NCBI GenBank assembly: GCA_016282375.1
Contig: JAEEKI010000011.1
Location: forward strand, 1,691-65,690
Direction: 5' to 3'
From: Bacillales bacterium
GTDB lineage: Bacteria; Bacillota_I; Bacilli_A; RF39; UBA660
Length of the DNA: 64,000 nt
The notes beneath the pieces are model-generated. The model did no database searches, was not told the DNA's origin, and saw only the letters and a list, made by a program, of their open reading frames with translations. Positions 43,056-53,536 of this stretch are shown here, one piece after another. Each line of letters starts with the position of its first letter. The stretch's first letter is position 1. The translations under genes were made by a program, and so were the position numbers.

Positions 43056-43931
43056 ATGAAAGAAACTGTGATTGAACTTCAACATTTAAAAAAGTATTAT
43101 GGATTAGTCCGCGGTATTGAAAATGTCTCTTTAAAGATTCAAAAAGGAGAAATATATGGCTTTATAGGTCCAAATGGAGCTGGTAAATCGACGACGATTA
43201 GAACCATCTTAGGTTTATTAAATAAAACTAGTGGGACAATAATTATTAATGATAAAAAAATAGATTGTGAAGATTTGCCTCTTAAAGAAAAAATAGGCTA
43301 TTTACCTAGTGAGATTCATTTATACGATGATATGAAAGTAAAAGATATTTTAGATTATCATGCTTTATTTTATAAAACTGATTGTTCAAAAAAACGCAAA
43401 GAATTAGTTAAATTATTAAAAATTGATGAAAAAAGAAGCATTGAAGAATTATCTTTAGGTAATCTAAAGAAAGTTGGTATTGTATTAGCCTTAATGCATA
43501 GTCCGGAAATTCTTATTTTAGACGAGCCAACTTCTGGATTAGATCCAATTATGCAAAAAGTATTTCATGATTTATTACTCGAGGAAAAAAACAAAGGAAC
43601 AACCATTCTTTATTCTTCGCATGTTTTAAGTGAAGTTGCAAGTATTTGTGATAAAGTTGGCTTTATTAAAGAAGGTAAAATAATTAAAGAAGATTTGATA
43701 GAAAATATTCGAAAATATAACTATACATATTTAAAAATTTCTTCGCCAGATATTCAAAAAATTAAAGAAGATTTAAAGTTAAAAGTTGTGAATGAAAATA
43801 ATAATGAAGTTACTTTTCTTAATGATTTAGATACTAATACCATTATTAAAAAATTATCTAAATATGATATTAGTAAATTATTAATTGAAGAAATATCTTT
43901 AGAAGATTTATTCTTAAATTATTATAAGTAG
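43056..43931 (+). CDS. ABC transporter ATP-binding protein
   Basis: GPNGAGKS, LSLGN, LDEPTSGLD. Confidence 0.92.
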   Translation: MKETVIELQHLKKYYGLVRGIENVSLKIQKGEIYGFIGPNGAGKSTTIRTILGLLNKTSGTIIINDKKIDCEDLPLKEKIGYLPSEIHLYDDMKVKDILDYHALFYKTDCSKKRKELVKLLKIDEKRSIEELSLGNLKKVGIVLALMHSPEILILDEPTSGLDPIMQKVFHDLLLEEKNKGTTILYSSHVLSEVASICDKVGFIKEGKIIKEDLIENIRKYNYTYLKISSPDIQKIKEDLKLKVVNENNNEVTFLNDLDTNTIIKKLSKYDISKLLIEEISLEDLFLNYYK

Positions 43932-43939
43932 GTGCAAAC

Positions 43940-44731
43940 ATTATCAAAAGAGAATTAAAAGTTAATTTAAAAAGTTTTATAATCTGGCTTTTAGTATTAG
44001 TTATAATGTTTTTAGTTGTTTATTTAATCTACCCTTATATTATTACTGATGAAGCGATGAAGAGTATTGATGAAATGATGGAAATCTTTCCACCTGAAGT
44101 TTTAAAAGCCTTTAATATGGATATGAGTTCTATATCTACGGCATATGGTTGGTTTAAAACAGAGGGGTTTACTTTTGTACTATTAGTTATTGGTTTTTAT
44201 GTTTCTTTACTTGGTGGTAATATTCTTTTAAAGGAAGAAAGTGATAAAACGATTGAATATTTGGGTGTTTTGCCTATTAAAAGAAGTAGAATAGTTTTAA
44301 ATAAAATTTTCGTAGGTATTTTTTATGCTTTATTAATTGTCTTATTACTTGGTTTATTTAATTATGTTGCATTATCAATAACGGGTGAGTTTAATCATAA
44401 AGAGTTTATCTTATTAAGTTTAACACCAATTTTTATTGGTTTACCATTCTTTTGTTTAAATTTGTTTATTTCAACATTTTTAAGAAAAACCAAAAAGATT
44501 ATTGGTGTATCTTTAGGAATAGTTTTTATATCTTATGTATTTAGTGTTTTATCAGAATTATCTTCGAAAGTAGAGTTTTTGAAATATTTTAGCTTATATA
44601 CTTTAGCAGATACTCGTAATGTTATATCGGCTACTGCTTTAAATCCATGGATGATTATTATTAGTTTAGGTATTTCTACTTTATTTATTATAGGATCATT
44701 GGTAAGATATAGCCAAAAGGAATTTATTTAG
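43940..44731 (+). CDS. ABC-2 type permease, probably starting at a non-canonical ATT
   Basis: AGGTG RBS then ATT-ATC-AAA-AGA-GAA (IKRELKVNLKSFIIW) in frame with ORF 44006; KEESDKTIEYL motif. Confidence 0.8.
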   Translation: MIKRELKVNLKSFIIWLLVLVIMFLVVYLIYPYIITDEAMKSIDEMMEIFPPEVLKAFNMDMSSISTAYGWFKTEGFTFVLLVIGFYVSLLGGNILLKEESDKTIEYLGVLPIKRSRIVLNKIFVGIFYALLIVLLLGLFNYVALSITGEFNHKEFILLSLTPIFIGLPFFCLNLFISTFLRKTKKIIGVSLGIVFISYVFSVLSELSSKVEFLKYFSLYTLADTRNVISATALNPWMIIISLGISTLFIIGSLVRYSQKEFI

Positions 44732-44755
44732 TCGTAATTAAATAAATATTATAAT

Positions 44756-44935
44756 ATGAAAAAAGAACAATTACATGATTTGTTAAATGTCTATCGTAAT
44801 TATTTGTTTGCCATTCAGGTCAGAAAAGAATTTGGCGATAAATATGGCGATACGAAAGAAATAATGGAATACTACGAAGAATTATTAAAAAAAGAGCGAA
44901 TCTTAAAGAACAATAAACCTTTTAAAAAGCGTTGA
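44756..44935 (+). CDS. 59-aa hypothetical protein (MKKEQLHD...ERILKNNKPFKKR)
   Basis: ORF fills the intergenic gap; no clear RBS. Confidence 0.45.
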   Translation: MKKEQLHDLLNVYRNYLFAIQVRKEFGDKYGDTKEIMEYYEELLKKERILKNNKPFKKR

Positions 44936-44994
44936 CTATCTTTTTAAAATGGTTTATTTTATTGTATGTTAAGAAACGGGGAAGTGGAGATATT

Positions 44995-45828
44995 ATGCAA
45001 GATGTTATCATTGATGGATTAATAGATACTGTAAAATTATTACCATATTTATTGATTGCTTTTTTAATTTTGGAATTTATTGAGCATAAATTAGATAAAA
45101 AGAATCAAAAATTGTTAGTTAACAATCAAAAGATTGGACCTTTGGTTGGTGGAATCCTTGGTGGACTACCACAATGTGGTTTTAGTTCAATGGCTGCTAA
45201 TCTATTTTCAGCTCGCGTAATAACTATGGGTACTTTAATTGCGGTTTTTTTATCAACAAGTGATGAAATGCTTCCGATTATGCTTAGTCAAAATGTTAGC
45301 ATTTCACTTATTTTAAAAATCATTTCTTTTAAAGTATGTGTAGGAATTGCTATCGGCTTTATTATTGACTTTTTATATCGCAAAAAAGAGAATAATACAA
45401 TCTCAGAAATATGTGAACATGACCATTGTGAATGCGACCATGATGGTATTTTACTTTCAAGTATTAAGCATACATTAAAAATTGGTTTATTTATTTTAAT
45501 TATTAATCTTTTGATTAATATTGCTATCTATTATGTTGGCGAAGATACGCTTGCTAATTTATTGGTTAAGGATAATTTACTGACATATTGTGCTTCTAGT
45601 TTAATTGGGTTAATTCCTAATTGTGCTGCTAGTATTGTCATTACCGAATTGTATTTAAAAGAATTAATATCTGTAGGTATGATGCTAGCTGGTCTTTTAA
45701 CAGGAAGTGGTTTAGGTATTTTATTATTATTTAAATCAAATAAGAACTTAAAAGAGAATCTATTAATATTAAGTATTATTTATTTTGTGGGTGTTGTTTT
45801 AGGTATTGTAGTGGATTTAGTTATTTAA
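44995..45828 (+). CDS. Putative metal (Mn/As) transporter-like membrane protein
   Basis: GGLPQCG, STSDE, His/Cys loop CEHDHCECDH, GLIPNCA. Confidence 0.7.
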   Translation: MQDVIIDGLIDTVKLLPYLLIAFLILEFIEHKLDKKNQKLLVNNQKIGPLVGGILGGLPQCGFSSMAANLFSARVITMGTLIAVFLSTSDEMLPIMLSQNVSISLILKIISFKVCVGIAIGFIIDFLYRKKENNTISEICEHDHCECDHDGILLSSIKHTLKIGLFILIINLLINIAIYYVGEDTLANLLVKDNLLTYCASSLIGLIPNCAASIVITELYLKELISVGMMLAGLLTGSGLGILLLFKSNKNLKENLLILSIIYFVGVVLGIVVDLVI

Positions 45829-46059
45829 AAATCTATTATAAATGGATACAATTGTTTTTATTACTTTTAATACGGTTTATTTATGTACAAGGCTTTTACA
45901 ATTCTATGAAGTTAAGATAGTGTCTATCTAAAATATATATTTAAAATCATATATAAGATTTGATGCTGATTTTTAAAGTAACATAATTTGACACAATTAG
46001 ACATTTGTTTACGTATTATATCTTTGACTTAATATAGTAACTAGTGTTATACTAATTGT

Positions 46060-46142
46060 AGACATAGAGTAATCTATGTTTTGAAGTAGATGTTTGTTAT
46101 AGCAAACTCCTTTCTAAAAAACACATTTTATGTGTTTTTTTT
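46060..46142 (+). ncRNA. Candidate small RNA with anti-Shine-Dalgarno motif
   Basis: TTGACT-18-TATACT promoter with extended TG (46024-46053), two hairpins, CUCCUUUCU, terminator; no ORF. Confidence 0.55.
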
Positions 46143-47445
46143 AATGCTCTAAATCTTTAAAATATTTTTTTGTATATAAATGATTTAAGTAAACAGTAAT
46201 TATTATATTGATAATTTCAGATATTAGTAATGCATAAATACCGTAGTTAAATAGGATTAAAACGATTAAACTAATTAGTTTAATTAATGAAGCAATAATC
46301 GTGATAAACATCGTAATTTTGGTCTTGTTTATAGCTTGCATAAAAGCAGAATAAATTGCCTCAAGATAAAAGATAATGAAAAAGGGTGCTAAGAACTTAA
46401 TATAATCTGATCCAAGCATTGTATTATATAAAAGTAAAAGAATCTTTTCTCTAAATAGAAAAATGACAAAAGTAAATGAAATCCCTAAAGTAAACGTTAT
46501 TCCAAATCCTTGCTTTAATCTTTTTTTGATAAGATAATAATTTTTTTGTTCTAAATTTTTAGCTATTTCCGGTATTAAAGCAAGCGCAATAGCCGTTATA
46601 AAAAAAGAGGGAATGGTTAAAGTTGAGATGGCATAAGCATTATAGGCTCCATATTCTGTTAAAATATATTCATTAGAAAATCCTTTATATAACAATAGAT
46701 TTGTTAAAATAATGGGTTCAAAAAAATAGCAAATATTGCCGATAATTTTACTAGTAACATTGGGTATTGAAAGATCTAAGATATCTTTGAAATATAGATT
46801 ATTATAATTAAATTTAAAAAGATTTATAACATCATTTTTTTTCATAAAACATAAGAATACTATAATAGATGCCAGTTCAGTTATTACCGAGGTTAAAATA
46901 AGACCTACGGCGGCATGTATATAAGATATTTTAATTAACTTGGGCATTATAATTATAACAATGGATAATCTGATTATTTGCTCGATAGTATTAGAAGCAA
47001 CATGAGGAATATTTTTTTGAATACCATAAAAGTAACCCTTTAAAATACATGCAAGAGAAGCAAAGGGAAGAGTATAACTCATAGCAATTAATAGATAATA
47101 ACTATCTGGTTCTTTTAAAAGATGATTAGCAATGATGGGTGAGGTAATATGCATAAGAATAACGATTAAAGTATTTATTATAATAATAATTATTGAAGCA
47201 CTATTTAAGATTCTTAAATCTTCTTTTTGTGCTATTAATTTAGCAATCGTTGTTGGCATAGCTAAAGTACAAAGGGTTAAAAGAAGAGAGTAAGTTGGCA
47301 TAACAATACTATATAAACCAATCGTTTTAGTGCCGACAATTCTTGTGAAAATCACTTTAATAATTAGACCTAATATTTTTGTAGTCATCCCACTTAGCAT
47401 GAGAATAAATGCCGAAGTAAAAAACTTATTTTGAAATATTTTCAT
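46141..47445 (-). CDS. SpoVB/MurJ-like polysaccharide or lipid II flippase (MOP superfamily)
   Basis: KILGLIIKVIFTRIVG, GYFYG, EQIIR; multi-TM. Confidence 0.8.
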   Translation of the reverse strand: MKIFQNKFFTSAFILMLSGMTTKILGLIIKVIFTRIVGTKTIGLYSIVMPTYSLLLTLCTLAMPTTIAKLIAQKEDLRILNSASIIIIIINTLIVILMHITSPIIANHLLKEPDSYYLLIAMSYTLPFASLACILKGYFYGIQKNIPHVASNTIEQIIRLSIVIIIMPKLIKISYIHAAVGLILTSVITELASIIVFLCFMKKNDVINLFKFNYNNLYFKDILDLSIPNVTSKIIGNICYFFEPIILTNLLLYKGFSNEYILTEYGAYNAYAISTLTIPSFFITAIALALIPEIAKNLEQKNYYLIKKRLKQGFGITFTLGISFTFVIFLFREKILLLLYNTMLGSDYIKFLAPFFIIFYLEAIYSAFMQAINKTKITMFITIIASLIKLISLIVLILFNYGIYALLISEIINIIITVYLNHLYTKKYFKDLEH

Positions 47446-47517
47446 TCTATTATATTTAATGAAAATAATAGTTAATTATGCCAATAAAAAATCCCAACTT
47501 TCATTGGGATTAAATAC

Positions 47518-48843
47518 TTATAATATATCGATAATATCTTGATGGATATCTTCTTGTTTTTCTTCTTCTTTTTCTGCTTCCTCTGTAGTAAAGGCTGTAA
47601 CATGTAAATCACTACCAATGAAGGCATTTTTAATTTCTTCATCATCAGCACCAAAGTCATCTTCCAAACTGGTTATTCTTATTACTTCATCAACGCTAGT
47701 CAAACCTTGGATAACTTTTTCAAGACCATCTTCCAAAATAGTGAAGGTATTCTTCTTATCGTATACCAGTCTTCTTAAATCGTCTTTACGCATATTATTG
47801 GTAATAGCATCTCTTACAGCTTGATTTAGAACTAATACTTCATGAACAGCAAGTCTTCCTCGATAACCACCAAAGCAATCATCACAGCCAACTGGTTCGT
47901 AAATTGATTCAACATCTTTATTTAATACTTTTTTAAATAAGTTCTTTTCATATGGATTAGTAGGTCTAGATCTACGACATTTTGGACAAATTCTTTTAAC
48001 AAGTCTTTGAGATATAACTCCATTTAAGGCCGTACCTAATAAGTATCTTTCAATGTCCATATCTAGAAGTCTTTCAATTGTATTAAGCGAGTTATTGGTG
48101 TGGATAGTAGATAATACTAAGTGTCCTGTAATAGAGGCACGAACGGCAATTCTGGCTGTTTCACCATCACGAATTTCTCCGATCATTATAATATCTGGGT
48201 CTTGCCGTAAGATAGAACGTAGTGTGGCATTAAAGTCCAAACCAATTTCACTCATAACTTGGACTTGGTTTAAGCCTTTCATTTTCATCTCGACTGGGTC
48301 TTCGACAGTAATAATATTTCTTTCAGGTGTATTTAATTTTTGCAAAATAGAGTAAGTCGTAGTTGATTTACCAGAACCAGTAGCTCCGGCTGTTAGAATA
48401 ATACCATTGGGACTAGCAATAACTCTTTTAACAAGTTGTAGGTTGTGTTCAGAAAAACCTAAAGTATCAAGGCCTGCAAGAGACATTGAATAGTCAAGTA
48501 TTCTTATAACGATTTTTTCGCCATATATAGTTGGTAGGGAAGATACACGGAGGTCTAGTTGTTTACCACTGTCTAAGTGTTTAATTGCACCATCTTGTGG
48601 TAAACGGAACTCCGTTATATTCATACCACTGATAATCTTTATTCTAGTAGTCAGATTCTTACGAACTGAATCAGGTACTTTACAATAGTCATGTAATTCA
48701 CCATCGATTCTTATACGAACATTAATACTTTTTTCATCTGGGTCGAAATGGATATCGGAAACGCCTTTTTTAATGGCATCTTCAATTATCTCATCAACTA
48801 TGTCGACGACAGGTTTATTATCATAATCAAATTCTCTAAACAT
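47518..48843 (-). CDS. PilB/GspE family assembly ATPase (no N1 domain, tetra-Cys motif)
   Basis: SDIHFDP, RLPQDG, GATGSGKS, EDPVE, LRQDPD, TGHLVLSTIH, CPKC...CDDC. Confidence 0.92.
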   Translation of the reverse strand: MFREFDYDNKPVVDIVDEIIEDAIKKGVSDIHFDPDEKSINVRIRIDGELHDYCKVPDSVRKNLTTRIKIISGMNITEFRLPQDGAIKHLDSGKQLDLRVSSLPTIYGEKIVIRILDYSMSLAGLDTLGFSEHNLQLVKRVIASPNGIILTAGATGSGKSTTTYSILQKLNTPERNIITVEDPVEMKMKGLNQVQVMSEIGLDFNATLRSILRQDPDIIMIGEIRDGETARIAVRASITGHLVLSTIHTNNSLNTIERLLDMDIERYLLGTALNGVISQRLVKRICPKCRRSRPTNPYEKNLFKKVLNKDVESIYEPVGCDDCFGGYRGRLAVHEVLVLNQAVRDAITNNMRKDDLRRLVYDKKNTFTILEDGLEKVIQGLTSVDEVIRITSLEDDFGADDEEIKNAFIGSDLHVTAFTTEEAEKEEEKQEDIHQDIIDIL

Positions 48844-48999
48844 AATATCACTTCAGCCCTTTACTCTTATCTTATATTAGTATAATATATTTTATAATTT
48901 TTAACAAGTTTTAAATTACTTTTTACATATTTTTTCCTATTCAAAATTACTTGAAATCTCGAATACACTTGTGTTATAATACCTCTAGCCCAAAAGGTA

Positions 49000-49030
49000 T
49001 GTAATCCGCCTACTATATGTAATGATTACA
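49000..49030 (+). promoter_or_regulatory. L19 leader (autoregulatory hairpin)
   Basis: UGUAAUC-CGC...AAU-GAUUACA stem upstream of rplS; promoter TTGAAA-18-TATAAT at 48951-48980. Confidence 0.55.
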
Positions 49031-49060
49031 GGTATTTATTATTTAGAAAGAGGTGAAATT

Positions 49061-49402
49061 ATGGCTAATCTTGTTGATAAGATTAATGCTAAGCATGTTC
49101 GTAATGACGTGCCAGATTTTCGCGTAGGAGACACTGTTAGAGTTGATGTTTGGGTAAAAGAAGGAAAAAAAGAAAGAATCCAAGCCTTCGAAGGACTAGT
49201 AATTGCTAAGAAGGGTGGAAGCGTTTCAGAAACATTCTCAGTTCGTAAGAAGAGTGGAACTGTTTCTGTTATCAGAATTTTTCCTGTTAATGCACCAACT
49301 ATTGATAAGATAACAGTTATTAAGAAAGGTAAAGTTAGAAGAGCTAAACTTAACTTTATCAAAGATATGCGAAAAGAATACAAAGTTAAGGAAAGAAATT
49401 AA
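49061..49402 (+). CDS. rplS: 50S ribosomal protein L19
   Basis: PDFRVGDTVRV, ERIQAFEG, GKVRRAKL. Confidence 0.97.
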   Translation: MANLVDKINAKHVRNDVPDFRVGDTVRVDVWVKEGKKERIQAFEGLVIAKKGGSVSETFSVRKKSGTVSVIRIFPVNAPTIDKITVIKKGKVRRAKLNFIKDMRKEYKVKERN

Positions 49403-49460
49403 TTCTTTCCTTTTCTTTTTGTCCTTTTTATAGTATTATTGTAATGTAGTATTAAAGAGG

Positions 49461-49958
49461 ATGGATAAAGTGAAAATTGACGTAAAAGAAATTCTTTCTT
49501 ATGTAGTAATAATTATTGTAGTTCTTTTAATCAAAACATTTATTGTAACTTTAGTTAGAGTAAACGGTAGTTCTATGGATAAAACCCTTCATGAAGGTGA
49601 TATTATGATTTTAAATCTTTTAGATAACAAACATGAAAGAGAAGAAATTGTTGTCGTTGATAAAAGTGTCGAAGGTAGTTTAATTATTAAAAGAATAATT
49701 GGTCTACCTGGTGAAAAAATATCTTGTAAAGAAGGTACTATTTATATTAATGATAAAAAATATGATGATTCATATGCTAATGGTTTAACAAGTGATTTTG
49801 ATGATATCACTTTAAAGGATGATGAATACTTTGTTCTAGGAGATAATCGTACTGTATCTCTAGATTCGAGATATTTTGGCCCAGTACCTGAAAAAGCCAT
49901 TATGGGTAGTACAAAGATAATTGTTTTTCCATTTAATAAAATAGGTAAGGTTGAGTAA
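49461..49958 (+). CDS. lepB: Signal peptidase I (S26A)
   Basis: VNGSSM, IKRIIGLPG, GDNR..SLDSR. Confidence 0.92.
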   Translation: MDKVKIDVKEILSYVVIIIVVLLIKTFIVTLVRVNGSSMDKTLHEGDIMILNLLDNKHEREEIVVVDKSVEGSLIIKRIIGLPGEKISCKEGTIYINDKKYDDSYANGLTSDFDDITLKDDEYFVLGDNRTVSLDSRYFGPVPEKAIMGSTKIIVFPFNKIGKVE

Positions 49959-50820
49959 TATGGATCGTTTTAAAGAAGTAAAAAGGGTAAGTGTTTTAGG
50001 GTTAGTTGCTAACGCTTTTTTGTTATTTATCAAAGGTTTTATTGGCTTTATAACGGGTAGTCAAGCGATGATAGCTGATGCTTTTAATAGTGCGGGAGAT
50101 ATTTTTTCTTCGGTGATGACTTTTATTGGTAATAAGATTGCCAGTAAACCAATTGATGATGATCATAACTTAGGTCATGGTAAAGCTGAATATGTATTTT
50201 CTTTATTAATAAGTGTTTCAATGATCTATGTGGCTCTTAAATTAGCTATTAATGCTTGCAAAAGTTTTTTTATTACTAATGAGTTTCATTATTCAATTGG
50301 TTTGGTTTTAATCGCTGGTTTAGCTATTTTAATTAAAAGTTTATTATTCTTATATACACGTAGTTATTATAAAAAAACAGAAAATGTTTTAATTAAAGCC
50401 AATATGCTTGATCATCGAAATGATATTATTTTAACAAGTTGTACTTTATTATCGGCAGTATTATCTAAGTATAATATTTTATGGGTTGATAGTTTTGTTG
50501 GCTTTGTAATAGCAATTTGGATTTTCTATAGTGGTTTAATGATTTTCTTAGAAAGTTACGATGTTTTAATGGATACGGCTATCAGTGAAGAAGAAAGAAA
50601 AAAAGTATTAAAAATCATTGATAAATATCCCGAAATTAAGAAGATACAACACTTTAATTCCACCCCAGTAGGATATAAATATCAGATATCGTTGACTATC
50701 TTTGTTGATGGCAATATATCTACTTTTGAAAGCCATCAGATAGCCGATAAATTAGAAAAAGAAATATGTAAAAAAGTTGATGATGTTTACTTAGCAATTA
50801 TTCATGTTAATCCTATATAA
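49951..50820 (+). CDS. CDF transporter
   Basis: ADAFNSAGD, HNLGHGKAE, DHRND. Confidence 0.88.
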   Translation: MSNMDRFKEVKRVSVLGLVANAFLLFIKGFIGFITGSQAMIADAFNSAGDIFSSVMTFIGNKIASKPIDDDHNLGHGKAEYVFSLLISVSMIYVALKLAINACKSFFITNEFHYSIGLVLIAGLAILIKSLLFLYTRSYYKKTENVLIKANMLDHRNDIILTSCTLLSAVLSKYNILWVDSFVGFVIAIWIFYSGLMIFLESYDVLMDTAISEEERKKVLKIIDKYPEIKKIQHFNSTPVGYKYQISLTIFVDGNISTFESHQIADKLEKEICKKVDDVYLAIIHVNPI

Positions 50821-50839
50821 GATTAAAAAGAGGTGTGAT

Positions 50840-52195
50840 ATGTTAAATAAAATATTTCATTTAAAAGAGAAAAAGACATCAGTATCTAAGGAATTTATTG
50901 CTGGTTTAAGTACCTTTATGGCTATGAGCTATGCTATTTTGGTTATTCCAGCTATTCTTTCTCAAACAGGAATGGATTATGATTCTGTTTATAGCGCTAC
51001 GATTATTGCTTCGATGATTGGAACTCTTATCATTGGCTTGGTAGCTAATGTGCCATATGCTCTAAGTTCAGGGATTGGCTTAGCAAGTATTTTTACTTAT
51101 ACTTTATGTAGTGGCTTGGGATATACCTATCAGCAAGCATTAACCTTTGTTCTATTATGCGGTATTATTGGTTTGATTATAACTTTATCAAGTGTGAGGA
51201 AAAAGATTATTGAGGCGATACCAAAGTTTTTTCAAGATGCCATTACCGTTGGTATAGGTTTATTCATTTCTTATATTGGTCTTATCAATAGCGGTATTAT
51301 TGTCTTCAATGCTGATAAGATTGAAAAAGGTCTTGCCATAGGGGTTACACCATCACTTGGTAATCTAACCTCAGGAAGTACTATTTTAGCTGTTATTGGT
51401 CTTATTACCTTGATATTTCTTTTAGTAAAAAAAGTAAGAGGGGCTTATTTAATTGGTATCATAGTTCCAACGATTGTTGGCTTAATAATGGGCCTTATTG
51501 ATTTGCCAGATTTTAGTAATTATAGTTTTGCTCCCCATGTTACATTAATGCAATTTGATTTTAAAGGACTTATTACTCATGATAATGGTATTTTAGTTTT
51601 CTTAATGACGTTGTTTTCTATCTCTTTATCTGATTTATTTGATACCCTTGGTGTTTTTATTGGTACAGGTAAAAAGAGTGGTATCTTTAAGATTGATAAA
51701 GATGGTCAAATGCCTAAGAATTTAGAAAAAGCGATGGTAGCAGATTCTTTAGGAACAATTACATCCGCTATTTTTGGAACAAGTAATGTTGAAACCTATT
51801 TAGAAAGTGCTGTAGGAATTGAATCGGGGGGGAGAACAGGTCTTACTTCTTTATTTGTAGCTTTCTTTTTCCTAATAGCTTTATTTTTAGCACCAGTAGT
51901 ATCTATTGTTCCAATGGTGTGTGTCGCTCCGGTCTTAATAGTCATTGGCGTATCCATGATTTCTAATGTTTTAAATATTAATTTCCATGATTTAAAGGAA
52001 GCAATTCCAGCATTCTTTATTATTGTGATGATGCCTTTAGCATATTCAATTACGACTGGTATTGAATGGGGATTTATTACATATGTTTTAGTTAATATTT
52101 TTTCTCCGAAAGAAGAAAGAAGTCATGTATCACCAATAATGTATATTTTTGCTATTTTATTCATGGTGAAGTATGTTTATCAATTTTTAGGATAG
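50840..52195 (+). CDS. NCS2/AzgA-family purine permease
   Basis: AGLSTFMAMSY, DLFDTLG, YLESAVGIESGGRTGLT. Confidence 0.9.
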   Translation: MLNKIFHLKEKKTSVSKEFIAGLSTFMAMSYAILVIPAILSQTGMDYDSVYSATIIASMIGTLIIGLVANVPYALSSGIGLASIFTYTLCSGLGYTYQQALTFVLLCGIIGLIITLSSVRKKIIEAIPKFFQDAITVGIGLFISYIGLINSGIIVFNADKIEKGLAIGVTPSLGNLTSGSTILAVIGLITLIFLLVKKVRGAYLIGIIVPTIVGLIMGLIDLPDFSNYSFAPHVTLMQFDFKGLITHDNGILVFLMTLFSISLSDLFDTLGVFIGTGKKSGIFKIDKDGQMPKNLEKAMVADSLGTITSAIFGTSNVETYLESAVGIESGGRTGLTSLFVAFFFLIALFLAPVVSIVPMVCVAPVLIVIGVSMISNVLNINFHDLKEAIPAFFIIVMMPLAYSITTGIEWGFITYVLVNIFSPKEERSHVSPIMYIFAILFMVKYVYQFLG

Positions 52196-52203
52196 GAGTT
52201 AAA

Positions 52204-52782
52204 ATGCATATTGAAAATGAATTAACAGTTGAGGTAGATACTAGTTATCAAAATTTACTTAGAATACTAAAAAAGAATAACTTTAAGGTAAAAGAAGAAT
52301 TTGATTTAAAAGATCTTTATTTAATTCATAAAAAAGATAAAAGGGGTAAGAATTATTTATCTTTGTTAAATAAATGTATTTTAATTCGAAGTATTATTTC
52401 TAAGGATAATGATGAACATTATTTAACTTATAAATATAAAGAGTATTTTAAAAATGGCGATATCAAGAAGCAAAGCAAAATTAATTGTAAGATTGATAAC
52501 CCTAAAGATATGCAATTGATATTTGAACAATTGGGTTTTGAAGCACTAATAAAAATAGATGATCACATGCTTATTATGGAAAATGATACTGATGAAATGG
52601 GTGTTCAATTTGTGAATGATAATCACTTATATATTGAAATAGAACTAAGTGATCATTATGCTTCCTTAGAAGAAATAAAAGAGGTTTTTACTAAATATAA
52701 TATTCCAATCAAAGACAATAATTATTATGCTAAAAAGGCAGAAATTGCCTTAAAAGAAAAATATGAAAATGAAGCAACATAG
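52204..52782 (+). CDS. CYTH-domain protein
   Basis: N-terminal ENE, DLY, LIR, LTYK, YIEIE pattern. Confidence 0.6.
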   Translation: MHIENELTVEVDTSYQNLLRILKKNNFKVKEEFDLKDLYLIHKKDKRGKNYLSLLNKCILIRSIISKDNDEHYLTYKYKEYFKNGDIKKQSKINCKIDNPKDMQLIFEQLGFEALIKIDDHMLIMENDTDEMGVQFVNDNHLYIEIELSDHYASLEEIKEVFTKYNIPIKDNNYYAKKAEIALKEKYENEAT

Positions 52783-52825
52783 CTTCTTTTTTTGTGGTAT
52801 ACTATAGTTACAAAGGAGACTTATT

Positions 52826-53536
52826 ATGATAGAAATTAAAAATGTAACTAAGAAGTATGGAAGTAAGAAAGCGTTAGATGATGTATCTTTTAAAATTGAA
52901 GATGGCGATATCTTTGCTTTTATAGGTCATAATGGGGCAGGTAAAACGACTTTAATTAAGGCTATCATGGGTATTCATGACTTTGATGAAGGTGATATAT
53001 TAATTAATGGAAAATCAATTAAGACTGATCCCATATCTTGTAAAAAAATCATGGCTTTTGTTCCAGATAATCCTGAAATGTATGAAAATATGAAGGCTAT
53101 CGATTATATTAATTTTATTTGTGATATGTATGATGTTGATGAAGAAACAAGAACTAATAATATTATGAAATATGCTAAATTATTTGCTATGGATGATAAA
53201 TTAAATGATCCTATTAATAGTTATTCCCATGGTATGAAACAAAAGACGGTTTTAATTGCAGCACTTGCTCATAATCCTGAGATTTTAATTATGGATGAAC
53301 CATTTGTGGGCTTAGATCCTAAAGCAGTTTTTGATATTAAAGAAGTTTTAAATGAGATGGTGAAAGCAGGCAAAACCATTTTTTATTCAACACATATTTT
53401 AGATGTAGCGGAAAAATTATGTTCAAAAGTAGGAATTATTAAGAACGGTAAACTTATTAAAGTAGGGACTATGAAAGACATCAAAGGTGATAAATCACTC
53501 GAAAAAGTCTTTATTGAACTTGAGGAAACTAAATGA
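52826..53536 (+). CDS. ABC transporter ATP-binding protein
   Basis: GHNGAGKT, YSHGMKQK, MDEPFVGLD. Confidence 0.92.
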   Translation: MIEIKNVTKKYGSKKALDDVSFKIEDGDIFAFIGHNGAGKTTLIKAIMGIHDFDEGDILINGKSIKTDPISCKKIMAFVPDNPEMYENMKAIDYINFICDMYDVDEETRTNNIMKYAKLFAMDDKLNDPINSYSHGMKQKTVLIAALAHNPEILIMDEPFVGLDPKAVFDIKEVLNEMVKAGKTIFYSTHILDVAEKLCSKVGIIKNGKLIKVGTMKDIKGDKSLEKVFIELEETK

